Positions 1 through 9,620 of a stretch of DNA of 24,000 nucleotides are shown here, piece after piece. Under the pieces are notes generated by a model. That model was given only the letters and a program-made list of their open reading frames with translations. It was not told where the DNA came from and did not search any database. This stretch comes from Trichothermofontia sichuanensis B231 (GTDB taxonomy: Bacteria > Cyanobacteriota > Cyanobacteriia > B231), in NCBI RefSeq assembly GCF_026240635.1, contig NZ_CP110848.1, positions 2,785,741-2,809,740 of the forward strand, given 5' to 3'. Each line of letters begins with the position of its first letter. Within the stretch, counting starts at the first letter, position 1. The position numbers and the translations under genes were made by a program.

Positions 1-37
1 TATAATCGATCCCGCTAAGCTGGGAGAGTAAATTGTC

Positions 38-1087
38 ATGGTGGTAGCAACGGAAGTCCCCCTTTTGCTGCGAGCGGCACGGGGAGAAATTTTAGATCGT
101 CCACCCGTCTGGATGATGCGGCAGGCTGGGCGGTATATGAAAGCCTACCGTGACCTGCGAGCTAAGTATCCCAGCTTCCGGGAGCGATCGGAGAATCCGG
201 ATATCGCCATCGAAATTTCGCTACAACCCTTTCATGCCTTTCATCCAGATGGGGTCATCTTGTTCTCTGATATCCTGACGCCCCTGCCAGGGGTGGGAAT
301 CCCCTTTGATATTATCGAGAGTCGCGGCCCCATCATTGATCCGCCGATCCGCACTCAGGAGCAAATCAACCAGCTTCATCCCCTCGATCCGGAAGCATCC
401 TTACCCTTCATCAAAACCATTCTGCGAACCCTGCGTCAGGAAGTCGGGAATAAAGCAACCGTCCTGGGATTTGTGGGTGCACCCTGGACGTTAGCTGCCT
501 ACGCGATCGAAGGGAAAAGCTCGAAAGACTACACCGTGATCAAAGGCATGGCCTTCTCCGAACCAGCCATGTTGCATTCGTTCCTAGGTAAGCTAGCGGA
601 TGCGATCGCCACCTATGTGCGCTATCAAATCGATTGTGGTGCCCAGGTAGTGCAGATGTTCGACTCTTGGGCTGGCCAACTGAGTCCGATCGACTACGAA
701 ACCTTTGCCCTGCCCTATCAACAGCGGGTAGTCTCCCAGGTCAAGGCAACGCATCCTGACACACCGCTGATCCTTTATATCAGCGGCAGCGCCGGAATTC
801 TCGAACGGATGGCCCAGTCCGGTGTCGATATTGTCAGCCTCGATTGGACCGTCGATATGGCAGAGGCCCGCAAACGGTTAGGTCCAAATGTGGGTGTCCA
901 GGGTAATCTCGATCCCTGTGCCCTCTTCGGTTCCCATGACTTCATCCGCGCCCGGATGGAGGACATTGTGCAAAAGGCGGGAAATCGGGGCCACATTCTG
1001 AACCTGGGACATGGGGTCCTTGCCAGTACACCGGAGGACAATGTACGGTTCTTCTTTGAAACAGCCAAGCAGATGCGGCGATCGTAA
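38..1087 (+). CDS. hemE: uroporphyrinogen decarboxylase
   Basis: 349-aa ORF with the N-terminal URO-D signature [13 protein letters not shown] and full-length resemblance to HemE (SDILTPL, GAPWT, NLGHG motifs). Confidence 0.95.
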   Translation: MVVATEVPLLLRAARGEILDRPPVWMMRQAGRYMKAYRDLRAKYPSFRERSENPDIAIEISLQPFHAFHPDGVILFSDILTPLPGVGIPFDIIESRGPIIDPPIRTQEQINQLHPLDPEASLPFIKTILRTLRQEVGNKATVLGFVGAPWTLAAYAIEGKSSKDYTVIKGMAFSEPAMLHSFLGKLADAIATYVRYQIDCGAQVVQMFDSWAGQLSPIDYETFALPYQQRVVSQVKATHPDTPLILYISGSAGILERMAQSGVDIVSLDWTVDMAEARKRLGPNVGVQGNLDPCALFGSHDFIRARMEDIVQKAGNRGHILNLGHGVLASTPEDNVRFFFETAKQMRRS

Positions 1088-1226
1088 CTGACGCGCGTAA
1101 ACTGCGATCGGTCACTGATTTGGCCACCAAGCATCAACTGTGGGTTGGGGGTTAAAGATAACTTGCCTCCGATTCGCAGTTTGATCATTCAGCTGCTCGC
1201 TTGAAGGCCAGTAGTGTGTTCATTTA

Positions 1227-1331
1227 TGGTCAATCTAAATAAGAACGATACAGTTTTTCACTCCCCTCTGCCGCTCTGGGAGAGGGGCTGGGGGTGAGGG
1301 GGCTGTCTCAGCCTAAATTGCAATAACTATA
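1227..1331 (+). mobile_element. 105-bp MITE-like repeat (family A, copy 1) flanked by perfect 17-bp direct repeats
   Basis: agtagtgtgttcattta occurs at 1210-1226 and 1332-1348, bracketing a 105-bp insert. The insert is about 92 percent identical to 19858-19962. It contains the hairpin cccctct..agagggg followed by ctgggggtgaggg. Confidence 0.55.
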
Positions 1332-1426
1332 AGTAGTGTGTTCATTTAAAGAAAGTTGAAGCTGATCGGGGTTCTGATTGATAATGGTTTACAACCTACC
1401 CCCTGAATTTGGAAGCGTAATTAGCT

Positions 1427-4315
1427 GTGACCGCACCTGTAACCGAACCTGGAAGCTATAAGGATACCGTTAACCTCCCCCAAACTGCGTTTGATATGCG
1501 GGCCAATGCCGTCAAGCGGGAGCCGGAGTTACAACAATTCTGGGCTGACCAGCAGATTTACGAGCACCTGTCACAGCACAATCCGGGCGAGATTTTCGTT
1601 CTCCATGATGGTCCTCCCTATGCTAACGGGGCGCTCCACATGGGCCATGCGCTCAACAAAATCCTTAAGGACATCATTAACAAATACCAACTGTTGCGGG
1701 GCCGTAAGGTTCGCTATGTTCCTGGCTGGGATTGTCACGGGTTACCGATCGAACTCAAAGTCCTCCAGGCAATGACTCCCGCTGAGCGGCAGGCATCTAC
1801 GCCCTTGGAATTGCGGCAACGGGCCAAACAGTATGCCCTGGAGCAGGTTGATGCCCAACGGCGGGGTTTCAAACGCTACGGCATCTGGGGCGACTGGGAT
1901 CATCCCTATTTAACCCTGACCCCCGACTACGAAGCGGCGCAAATTGATGTCTTTGGGCAAATGGTGCTCAAGGGCTATATCTATCGCGGCCTGCGTCCGG
2001 TTCATTGGAGTCCCAGTTCCCGGACTGCCCTAGCAGAAGCGGAACTCGAATATCCCGAAGGTCACACCTCTCCCAGCATTTATGCGGCCTTTCCAATGGT
2101 GAGCCTAGCGGCTTCAGCCCAAGCCTTACAGCCGTTCCTACCGGATTTGGGCGTTGGCATCTGGACGACAACGCCCTGGACGATTCCTGGTAACCTGGCG
2201 GTGGCCGTCAATCCGGACCTGACCTATGCCGTGGTGGCGGTGGGGGGAGACAATCCGGTTTTTAAGTATCTGCTAGTGGCGGCAGAATTGGTGGAACGTC
2301 TTGCCGCAACCTTTGGGGTGGATTTGACGGTACAGACAACGATCGCGGGCAAAGATTTGGAGCATTGCACCTACCGTCATCCCTTGTGCGATCGCGAAAG
2401 TCCCATCCTGATCGGTGGGGACTACATCACCACCGAATCGGGGACCGGCCTAGTCCACACCGCCCCAGGACATGGCCAGGAAGACTTTGAGGTGGGCAAG
2501 CGCTATGGCCTCCCTGTCCTCTGTCCCGTTGATGAAGCTGGGAACTTTACTGAGGAGGCGGGTCCCTTTGCGGGGTTGAATGTGCTGAAGGATGCTAATC
2601 CCGCTGTGATTGCGGCTCTGGAGCAGGCCGGAGCGCTGCTCAAGCAGGAACCCTATGTGCACAAGTATCCCTACGACTGGCGCACCAAGAAACCGACGAT
2701 TTTCCGAGCGACGGAGCAATGGTTTGCCTCGGTGGCCGGCTTCCGGCAGGCAGCACTGGACGCGATCGCCCAAGTGCGGTGGATTCCGGCCCAGGGGGAA
2801 AACCGGATTACGCCAATGGTGGCCGAACGCTCGGACTGGTGTATTTCTCGACAGCGCAGTTGGGGGGTCCCGATTCCGGTGTTCTACGACGAAGAAACGA
2901 ACGAGCCACTGTTAAATCAGGAGACGATCGCCCATGTGCGGGCCATTATTGCCGAACGCGGGTCTGATGCTTGGTGGGAGTTACCAGTAGAGGAATTACT
3001 GCCAGAAGCCTACCGTCGCAACGGTCGCCGTTACCGCAAGGGCACCGATACGATGGATGTCTGGTTTGATTCCGGGTCTTCGTGGGCTGCCGTGGCCAAG
3101 CAGCGGCCAGAACTGACCTATCCGGTCGATATGTATTTGGAAGGTTCGGATCAGCACCGGGGGTGGTTCCAGTCGAGTTTGCTGACCAGTGTGGCCGTGC
3201 ATGGCCATGCCCCCTACAAAATGGTGTTGACCCACGGCTTTGCCCTGGATGAGCAGGGGCGCAAGATGAGTAAATCCCTGGGTAATATCATTGATCCCCT
3301 GGTAATTATTGAAGGTGGTAAAAATCAAAAACAGGACCCACCCTATGGGGCCGATGTCTTGCGCTTGTGGGTCTCTTCCGTAGACTATTCAGCGGATGTC
3401 TTGATTGGCAAGACTATCCTAAAGCAGCTAGCGGATGTCTATCGCAAAATTCGCAACACGGCCCGATTTCTGTTGGGAAATTTGCATGATTTTAATCCGG
3501 CGACGGATGTGGTTGCCTATGAGGATTTACCTGAACTCGATCGCTATATGTTGCATCGGATGACGGAAGTCTTGAGCGATGTGACGGCGGCCTTTGACAG
3601 TTTTCAATTTTTCCGCTTCTTCCAGACAATCCAGAATTTCTGTGTGATCGATCTGTCCAATTTCTATCTGGATATTGCCAAGGATCGGCTTTATATCAGT
3701 GCGGCCAACAGTCCTCGCCGTCGCAGTTGTCAAACGGTGCTGGCGATCGCGGTGGAAAATCTCGCCAAGGCGATCGCGCCTGTCCTCTGCCACATGGCTG
3801 AGGATATCTGGCAGGCGTTGCCCTATGAAACCGCCGTGCGATCGGTCTTTGAATCCGGCTGGCTCACCATCGATCCCAGTTGGCAACAACCGGATTTAGC
3901 CGCCACTTGGCAGCAACTGCGGCAGCTCCGCACCGAGGTGAATAAGGTGCTGGAACTGGCCCGGAGTGAAAAGGCGATCGGGTCGTCCCTAGAAGCCAAG
4001 GTGTTGCTCTATGTTCCCGATGAATCTCTACGGCAACAGTTACAAGCGTTCAACCCAGCAGACAGTTTGGCTGGAAATCGGGTAGATGCCTTGCGTTATT
4101 GGTTGATTGTGTCCCAGGTGGAATTGGTGGATTCAGTCGCGGCGATCGAAGCAGCACCCTATCATCTCGCCTCCGATGTGGCGGGGATTGCGGTAGTGAA
4201 GGCGGATGGGGAAAAGTGCGATCGGTGTTGGAATTATTCGACCCAAGTGGGGAGATCGGCGGCCCATCCGCTGCTTTGCGAACGGTGTATTCCAGCCTTG
4301 GAAGGTGGGTTTTAG
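1427..4315 (+). CDS. ileS: isoleucine--tRNA ligase
   Basis: 962-aa ORF with a GTG start. It has the class I HIGH motif (HMGH), the KMSKS motif, an editing-domain-sized insertion, and a C-terminal zinc knuckle (CDRCW...CERC). Confidence 0.95.
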   Translation: MTAPVTEPGSYKDTVNLPQTAFDMRANAVKREPELQQFWADQQIYEHLSQHNPGEIFVLHDGPPYANGALHMGHALNKILKDIINKYQLLRGRKVRYVPGWDCHGLPIELKVLQAMTPAERQASTPLELRQRAKQYALEQVDAQRRGFKRYGIWGDWDHPYLTLTPDYEAAQIDVFGQMVLKGYIYRGLRPVHWSPSSRTALAEAELEYPEGHTSPSIYAAFPMVSLAASAQALQPFLPDLGVGIWTTTPWTIPGNLAVAVNPDLTYAVVAVGGDNPVFKYLLVAAELVERLAATFGVDLTVQTTIAGKDLEHCTYRHPLCDRESPILIGGDYITTESGTGLVHTAPGHGQEDFEVGKRYGLPVLCPVDEAGNFTEEAGPFAGLNVLKDANPAVIAALEQAGALLKQEPYVHKYPYDWRTKKPTIFRATEQWFASVAGFRQAALDAIAQVRWIPAQGENRITPMVAERSDWCISRQRSWGVPIPVFYDEETNEPLLNQETIAHVRAIIAERGSDAWWELPVEELLPEAYRRNGRRYRKGTDTMDVWFDSGSSWAAVAKQRPELTYPVDMYLEGSDQHRGWFQSSLLTSVAVHGHAPYKMVLTHGFALDEQGRKMSKSLGNIIDPLVIIEGGKNQKQDPPYGADVLRLWVSSVDYSADVLIGKTILKQLADVYRKIRNTARFLLGNLHDFNPATDVVAYEDLPELDRYMLHRMTEVLSDVTAAFDSFQFFRFFQTIQNFCVIDLSNFYLDIAKDRLYISAANSPRRRSCQTVLAIAVENLAKAIAPVLCHMAEDIWQALPYETAVRSVFESGWLTIDPSWQQPDLAATWQQLRQLRTEVNKVLELARSEKAIGSSLEAKVLLYVPDESLRQQLQAFNPADSLAGNRVDALRYWLIVSQVELVDSVAAIEAAPYHLASDVAGIAVVKADGEKCDRCWNYSTQVGRSAAHPLLCERCIPALEGGF

Positions 4316-4448
4316 GGGGAAGATGGCTCACGCTTAACCCAAGCAAGGATAGCTGCAAACCGCTCCAGACATTAGGACCCCACGCACACCAGCTGCGCCT
4401 CCTGCCACGTGGGGACGGTGTGTCACGTGTGTTCTGGTTGTCAGTATC

Positions 4449-4745
4449 CTAATATAGTCTAATATAGTCAGGCTTGAGAGCAAGTGCCCGGTCATAACTG
4501 GCGATCGCGTCCTCATGTCGTCCTGTATCTGACAATTGATTCCCCTGATTCGCCCAACGTGTAGCCTGATCCGTCGGATTTTTAGGAACTTCATTAGCCG
4601 CGATCGATGCGTTTAGTTTCTCCAAAATTTCTATCTTTAAACTCAAAGCAGCAGCCAAGTCCGAGTTCAATTCCAAAGCACACTTCACTGACGCAAGCGC
4701 CTCCCGATACTCACCCGCCTCAAACTGCGCCTGCCCCAACAGCAA
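4449..4745 (-). pseudogene. TPR-repeat protein fragment (probable gene relic)
   Basis: The 98-aa ORF has TPR-like units (GWLLLGQAQFEAGEYREAL; GRHEDAIASYDRALALKPDY) and no ATG start. The TPR helix continues upstream of the first start codon until a stop. The 3' end is closed by a stop inside a 10-bp tandem duplication (4449-4469). Confidence 0.5.
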
Positions 4746-4818
4746 CCAACCCTCAGCCCCCTCTAACTTAGGATCATTGACACTTAGGATTCATTGACAA
4801 CCTGCCCTTCCTACAGAT

Positions 4819-5262
4819 CTATATCGTATCGCACCAAAATCGATCGTATCGCACCAAAATCGTCACCGCATGGGCAAAATCAGCCGATACCGTCATTACC
4901 AAGTTTTGATCGGCAGCACTGTAATCGGTCAGTGTACTTTTAATACTTTTGCCCTCGGCAGCAACCCAGGTTGGCTCCGAGACGGGGATAAATTTTTGAC
5001 GCCACTGATTAAACAGGGTCACCAACGGTGAAAGTCAACTGGCTGTAAGACGCGGCGGCAGGTGGAATAGGAGGGGATGCGGGTGTCAGTCGGCTCGTCT
5101 AACAGCGCGCACAGGCTGGGCCAGTGCTGGTGCGAGCAATCGGCTAAAGGCCGATAGCCGCGATCGCCACAGAGGGAGCCTAACAACACCCGCATCAGCC
5201 CCAACCACAGGTCATGTCGTCGGCCTCTAGCTTTGCGGTAAAGGCTGCATCTCAGTTAGTTG
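4819..5262 (-). pseudogene. ISAs1-family transposase relic (frameshifted, truncated)
   Basis: Two adjacent ORFs lie in different frames. The N-terminal piece reads ARGRRHDLWLGLMRVLLGSLCGDRGY...IPSYSTCRRVL, which looks like an ISAs1 N-terminal domain. The second piece reads AAEGKSIKSTL...LVMTVSA, around the position of the first DDE residue. Only about 130 of the roughly 370 aa expected are present. Confidence 0.55.
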
Positions 5263-5289
5263 CGTGAACTTCAGCATCGTCGGTTGCTA

Positions 5290-5907
5290 TCAAGCTTTGT
5301 CATCGACACCTTCACCGAGGACAAAGCGGACAAATCGACGAACTCGAATATTCTCCGACAGTTGGGCGACGGTTTGTTTGACTAATTCCTCAACCGTGAT
5401 ACTCTGATCTCGGATATAGGGCTGATCCATCAAACTCAGTTCCTTGAGACGCTTTTCAATCCGTCCCTGAACAATTTTTTCACGAATATTCTCGGGTTTA
5501 CTGGCCAAGTCTTCCCGCCCCATTTCAATCTGAGTTTCCCGATCAATAATCTCCTGGGGAATATCCTCTGTGCGTACATATTCCACATTGGGGCAGGCAG
5601 CAATTTGCATTGCTACATTACGGACCAGTTCCCGGAACTCTTCGCGGCGAGCCACAAAATCCGTTTCGCAGTTGACTTCAACCAAAACACCCACCCGGTT
5701 CCCCGTATGGATGTAGCTGTCGATAATCCCTTCGGCGGTCGTCCGTCCAGCTTTCTTCTCAGCCGAGGTAATACCCTTTTGACGCAACCACTCGATCGCC
5801 TTGGTCATGTCACCATCATTTTCCTGAAGGGCAGTCTTACAGTCCTTCATGCCTGCGCCCGTCTTCTCGCGCAGTTCCTTAACTAATTTGGGAGAAATAT
5901 CTGCCAT
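5290..5907 (-). CDS. tsf: translation elongation factor Ts
   Basis: 205-aa ORF with the EF-Ts N-terminal signature [20 protein letters not shown] and the core [12 protein letters not shown]. It lies downstream of rpsB on the same strand. Confidence 0.93.
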   Translation of the reverse strand: MADISPKLVKELREKTGAGMKDCKTALQENDGDMTKAIEWLRQKGITSAEKKAGRTTAEGIIDSYIHTGNRVGVLVEVNCETDFVARREEFRELVRNVAMQIAACPNVEYVRTEDIPQEIIDRETQIEMGREDLASKPENIREKIVQGRIEKRLKELSLMDQPYIRDQSITVEELVKQTVAQLSENIRVRRFVRFVLGEGVDDKA

Positions 5908-6229
5908 GATTCCGATTGTCTCTACTGTTTTTACAGTGCGTATCTATAGGGTGCTAATAGTTGCGGGGGATGCGCTAACAAGCCCAGCTATCAGCTTAGC
6001 CCATTGCGGCGATCACCTTAGGAGGATTTAGCGAGATTCTCGCGATCGCTCTCCCGTGGGATGGACACCCAGACCCTAACAGGTTCAGCAGAGCCAGGTT
6101 CCTAGAGTCAAACAGCCGATATCAACTGCTTGCAGCACCTTGCAGCAACTTACAACCCCTCCCTCAATTATTAAGTACCGTTTCTAGTACAGGCTTACGT
6201 GGGTAAGCTGGGAACAGCCGCTGGTACAC

Positions 6230-6449
6230 CCCTTACCCCAAATCCCCCGCCCAGGACGGGAGAGACTTGCCAAGCCAGTTCCCGTTCGCCCCATCCCCTC
6301 CAAAGGGGCTAGGGGGCTGGGAGGAGGGCTTGGGGGACGAAGGCTACCGGTTACCTCACTGGGATGCTCCCGGTAAGCTCAGGTAAGCTCAAGGTCCTCA
6401 AGGTCCAAACCTTAACTGGGCACTCAGTAAATTAGGTTAAAAGCTATAG
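6230..6449. repeat. modular GC-rich dispersed repeat (family B) within the rpsB-tsf spacer
   Basis: 6404-6449 is about 80 percent identical to the reverse complement of 23466-23510. 6327-6374 resembles 9552-9600 (ggctaccggttacctcactgggatgctcccggt versus ggctgccggttgcccaactgggatggtcccgtt). Internal tandem 10-mers occur at 6372-6391. Confidence 0.5.
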
Positions 6450-6582
6450 CAGCAACCGAATAGATTGAGGATAACCACCCAAGACTTGGGCGTGCGTTAA
6501 CAAGGCTCAAGCGTGCCCGGCCAAAAGTTAGCAACCGCTCACCCCAACAGGAATTGCCTAGCATCTAGCTGGGCTAAGCAGA

Positions 6583-7377
6583 CTAGGACTCTTCACCCTC
6601 TTCGTCATCCCCCACGTAGTCGCTGTCGTCGTAGTGGTACTCGTCCTCTGCCCCTTCGTAATCTTCGTATTCCTCGTCATAACCGATATCCAGTTGACCA
6701 TGCCGCCCTTCATAGATGGCATCGGCCAGTTTACCGACAATCAGCTTGATCGAGCGAATCGCGTCGTCGTTTGCGGGAATAGGAATATCCACCAAATCTG
6801 GATCGCAGTTAGTATCCAACAGCGATACGATCGGGATGCCCAACTTTTGACATTCCAGCACAGCGTTATATTCCCGCCGTTGATCAACGATCACCACTAC
6901 ATCCGGCACCTTGCGCATCGTTTTGATACCCCCCAGGTACTTCTGGAGTTTTTCCAGTTCCCGGCGCAACATGGCTGCTTCCTTTTTGGGCCGCAGATCC
7001 AGATTGCCAGTTTCCTCCAAGCGTTCTAGATCCTTGAGGCGCTCAACACGGGTTTTAATCGTCGCCCAGTTGGTCAGCATCCCTCCCAACCAGCGCTGGT
7101 TAACATAGTTGGCCCCACAGCGGCTGGCTTCCTGGGCAATAATGGCAGCGGCCTGCCGCTTGGTGCCGACAAACAGGAAGCGTTTACCTTTTTCAGCCGC
7201 TGTGCGCATATACTGGTAGGCCTCATCCATCAACTTGGCAGTTTGCACCAAGTCAATGATGTGGACACCGTTGCGGGCAGTATAGATGTAGGGAGCCATG
7301 CGCGGATTCCAGCGCTTGGTCTGGTGACCAAAATGAACCCCTGACTCCATCATCTGAGCCAATGAAACGACGGGCAT
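6583..7377 (-). CDS. rpsB: 30S ribosomal protein S2
   Basis: Start placed at the ATG at 7377 ([25 protein letters not shown]), preceded by GGAGAA/GGAAGG Shine-Dalgarno-like sequence. The longer ORF beginning at 7425 adds 16 non-conserved residues. The protein has a strongly acidic C-terminal tail. Confidence 0.93.
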   Translation of the reverse strand: MPVVSLAQMMESGVHFGHQTKRWNPRMAPYIYTARNGVHIIDLVQTAKLMDEAYQYMRTAAEKGKRFLFVGTKRQAAAIIAQEASRCGANYVNQRWLGGMLTNWATIKTRVERLKDLERLEETGNLDLRPKKEAAMLRRELEKLQKYLGGIKTMRKVPDVVVIVDQRREYNAVLECQKLGIPIVSLLDTNCDPDLVDIPIPANDDAIRSIKLIVGKLADAIYEGRHGQLDIGYDEEYEDYEGAEDEYHYDDSDYVGDDEEGEES

Positions 7378-7518
7378 ATTAAATTCTCCTTCCGGGTTAA
7401 ACCTCCACCCAGGGGCATTCCTCAACGAAACACCCGAAACCCTAGGTGTGCGAGTTATTGACAGTCGCTTATTCTAGCATGACTTGCACCCCTGCTTAAC
7501 TGCCCGATAGGCTAAGGC

Positions 7519-7977
7519 TTAACCCACGCACGATCGCAACACCCAGCCGACCACCATACCCAAACCGGCAAAGCGTACCGCCTGCCAAAAAACTTCCCGC
7601 AGGCTTTCCCAGTTAATTAGGCGGCTTTCCAGATTGACGGTTAGGGCCTCCAGTTGGCGCAGGATTTGTTGGGCTTCCTTTTTCAAATCCGTAATCTGGA
7701 GTTGGGACTGGGCTGTTTGCAACTCAGCTTCGATCGCTTCGAGGCGCTGCTGGAGGGCTGATTGCTGCGCTTGATCCTGCTTAATTTGCTGATAGCGTTC
7801 CTTTAAGTTCAGAAAACTGACTTCCAAATCACCAAGAATCCGCTCAAACGCATCATCCCCATCCGCCATCGCTGCATGCGGAGCAGGGGATGGTGAGGCT
7901 GACTGGGATTGAGCACTAGTCGGGGAAGGTTCTGGGTGCTGATGATTTGGGGGGGGCTGGTCGGGGAGAGATGACAT
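7519..7977 (-). CDS. hypothetical tail-anchored coiled-coil protein
   Basis: ATG at 7977. The N-terminus is P/S/Q-rich, followed by a heptad-like Q/L/E-rich segment of about 80 aa and a single C-terminal hydrophobic helix (FAGLGMVVGWVL). I recognise no family. Confidence 0.55.
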   Translation of the reverse strand: MSSLPDQPPPNHQHPEPSPTSAQSQSASPSPAPHAAMADGDDAFERILGDLEVSFLNLKERYQQIKQDQAQQSALQQRLEAIEAELQTAQSQLQITDLKKEAQQILRQLEALTVNLESRLINWESLREVFWQAVRFAGLGMVVGWVLRSCVG

Positions 7978-8135
7978 ATCGGCAACCAACAGCAAACGGC
8001 AGGGACAGTCGGCACAAGGTTGACAGGGTTGAGGGCACCAAGGTTAATGATGACATCCGACACTAGGCAGTTTGAACCCGGATAACGTTGGATAATGGGG
8101 GAAACTAATCAGTATGGTTAGCCCGCTGACGACCT

Positions 8136-8468
8136 ATGTCCTATCCAACCCCAACCTCTAATTTCGCCTCCGAGTTACGTTCAACCCCACATCACCCGGC
8201 GATCGCGGCTCTCAGTACCCTAGAGTTGGCTCAAATTCTAGCAGAGCGGCTGGCGATCGGCCCCCAGGATTGGCACCAGCTTAAGGCCAACCGCCAGGCC
8301 CGATCGCTCGAACAGGCCGCCAGTGCCCTGGTTTATTTACTCAAACAACAACCTGAAGAAGCCCTGCCCCGGCTACAGCAAGCCGTCGGTTGGCTCGATC
8401 GCTCCCTCACGGCTCCCCCCTGTCCCACCCACGGGCAGCAAAAATCCTCTCAGGCAGATTCACCCTAG
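8136..8468 (+). CDS. hypothetical protein (110 aa)
   Basis: Clean ATG ORF convergent with the activase-like gene. Composition looks coding, but I recognise no motif. Confidence 0.5.
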   Translation: MSYPTPTSNFASELRSTPHHPAIAALSTLELAQILAERLAIGPQDWHQLKANRQARSLEQAASALVYLLKQQPEEALPRLQQAVGWLDRSLTAPPCPTHGQQKSSQADSP

Positions 8469-8506
8469 ACAGACTCACCTTCAGCAGACAGTTGGGAAGC
8501 CATGCC

Positions 8507-9385
8507 TTAAAGGTATTCCTCTAGGAGACCCCGTTGCCGAACCCGCTTTTGCTCCTCCAGTAGAATGCAACCCCACTCTTTGAGTTGGAAAAAACTAAAC
8601 TGGGGTCGGGCAAACACGGGGGGACCACTGGCACTGTTCATCACCGCCAGCGAAACGTGTTCAATCCCCACATCGTGAATAAACTGGCGCACCTGTTCAT
8701 CGTAGGCCCTGGCCCGCAGAGTGCTGAAAAAGTCGATCGCCTGATCCGGGAAGCACTGCACCAAGCGGGCAATTTCGGCGGGACTGAGGCCATCCTCCTG
8801 GAAGATGCCCTCGACGATCATCAGCTGCTCCTCCAACCGGGGATGCCAGTAAAACTTCTCCATGCGACCATCGCGCACCAGCGGTGCATAGAGCGTTGAG
8901 AAGTCGTTACCTGTGACAATGATCGGAATCCGCTGGATGGGTTTACTGTCGTAGCTACCGGGCAGTTGCACATTGGTGGGATTATCAGCAATATTCATCA
9001 ACGTGGCATTCACCAGTTGGGTGTTGACCGTATATTGGGTGGCCTGATCGAAGCGTCCGGCTCCCGCATCCAGGTCATTGATCATCAACACACACATGCG
9101 GCCCCGTACCCGTGCCAATTCTGCCGCCTCCCGATACCGCAGACGAATCAGTCGGGACGGATCACCGGCATCGGGACTTTCCAACTCACTCGCCGAGAGG
9201 TGGACAACCTCCACCCGCATTCGTTCAAACACCAATGAACACTGGAAGGATTTACCCTCGCCTTTAGGACCATGAATTCCCAGGATCAGGGGCACGCGCA
9301 CCCCCGGCAAGTTGAGAAAATTCTTCGTGATATGAATCGCCAGTTTTTCGAGAAACCGGGACGGAATTTGATAACGAGTCTCCAC
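8507..9385 (-). CDS. rca: Rubisco activase-like AAA+ protein (AAA+ core only, no SSUL domain)
   Basis: Walker A GPKGEGKS and Walker B LMINDLDAG. Activase-typical strings are present: QYTVNTQLVNATLMNIADNPTNVQLPG and IIVTGNDFSTLYAPLVRDGRMEKFYW. The likely start is the GTG at 9385 (METRYQIPSRFLEKLAIHITKNF); a TTG at 9406 is the alternative. It lies downstream of rbcS. Confidence 0.85.
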   Translation of the reverse strand: METRYQIPSRFLEKLAIHITKNFLNLPGVRVPLILGIHGPKGEGKSFQCSLVFERMRVEVVHLSASELESPDAGDPSRLIRLRYREAAELARVRGRMCVLMINDLDAGAGRFDQATQYTVNTQLVNATLMNIADNPTNVQLPGSYDSKPIQRIPIIVTGNDFSTLYAPLVRDGRMEKFYWHPRLEEQLMIVEGIFQEDGLSPAEIARLVQCFPDQAIDFFSTLRARAYDEQVRQFIHDVGIEHVSLAVMNSASGPPVFARPQFSFFQLKEWGCILLEEQKRVRQRGLLEEYL

Positions 9386-9454
9386 GATCGCACAAGCTCT
9401 AAACAACCCTAGCCAAACGGCAGCCTACGAGACAGGTGTTAAACGGGATACACC

Positions 9455-9620
9455 CACTTTGGCTACCCTCACCCTCCCTCTTTCTCCCACAACCAGAGAG
9501 GACTTCAATCCCGCTCACTAATCCGGCTCCCCTTCACCTCGTTTGGGAGAAGGGGTTGGGGGAGGCGGGCTGCCGGTTGCCCAACTGGGATGGTCCCGTT
9601 CAACTTGCCCCGGTGACTAA
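9455..9620. repeat. GC-rich hairpin repeat module in the rbcS-rca spacer
   Basis: ctccccttcacctcgtttgggagaaggggttggggg hairpin motif, plus a tail at 9552-9600 shared with 6327-6374. Confidence 0.45.

Noticed and set aside
4334-4594. 86-aa minus-strand ORF overlapping the TPR fragment in another frame
   Set aside because: It has no motif and overlaps the TPR-like frame, which does show recognisable repeats. It is likely noise in a decayed region.
6513-6749. 78-aa plus-strand ORF and 60-aa minus-strand ORF at the rpsB 3' end
   Set aside because: They overlap the rpsB acidic-tail coding region and are frame artefacts of the GA/TC-rich repeat encoding D/E/Y.
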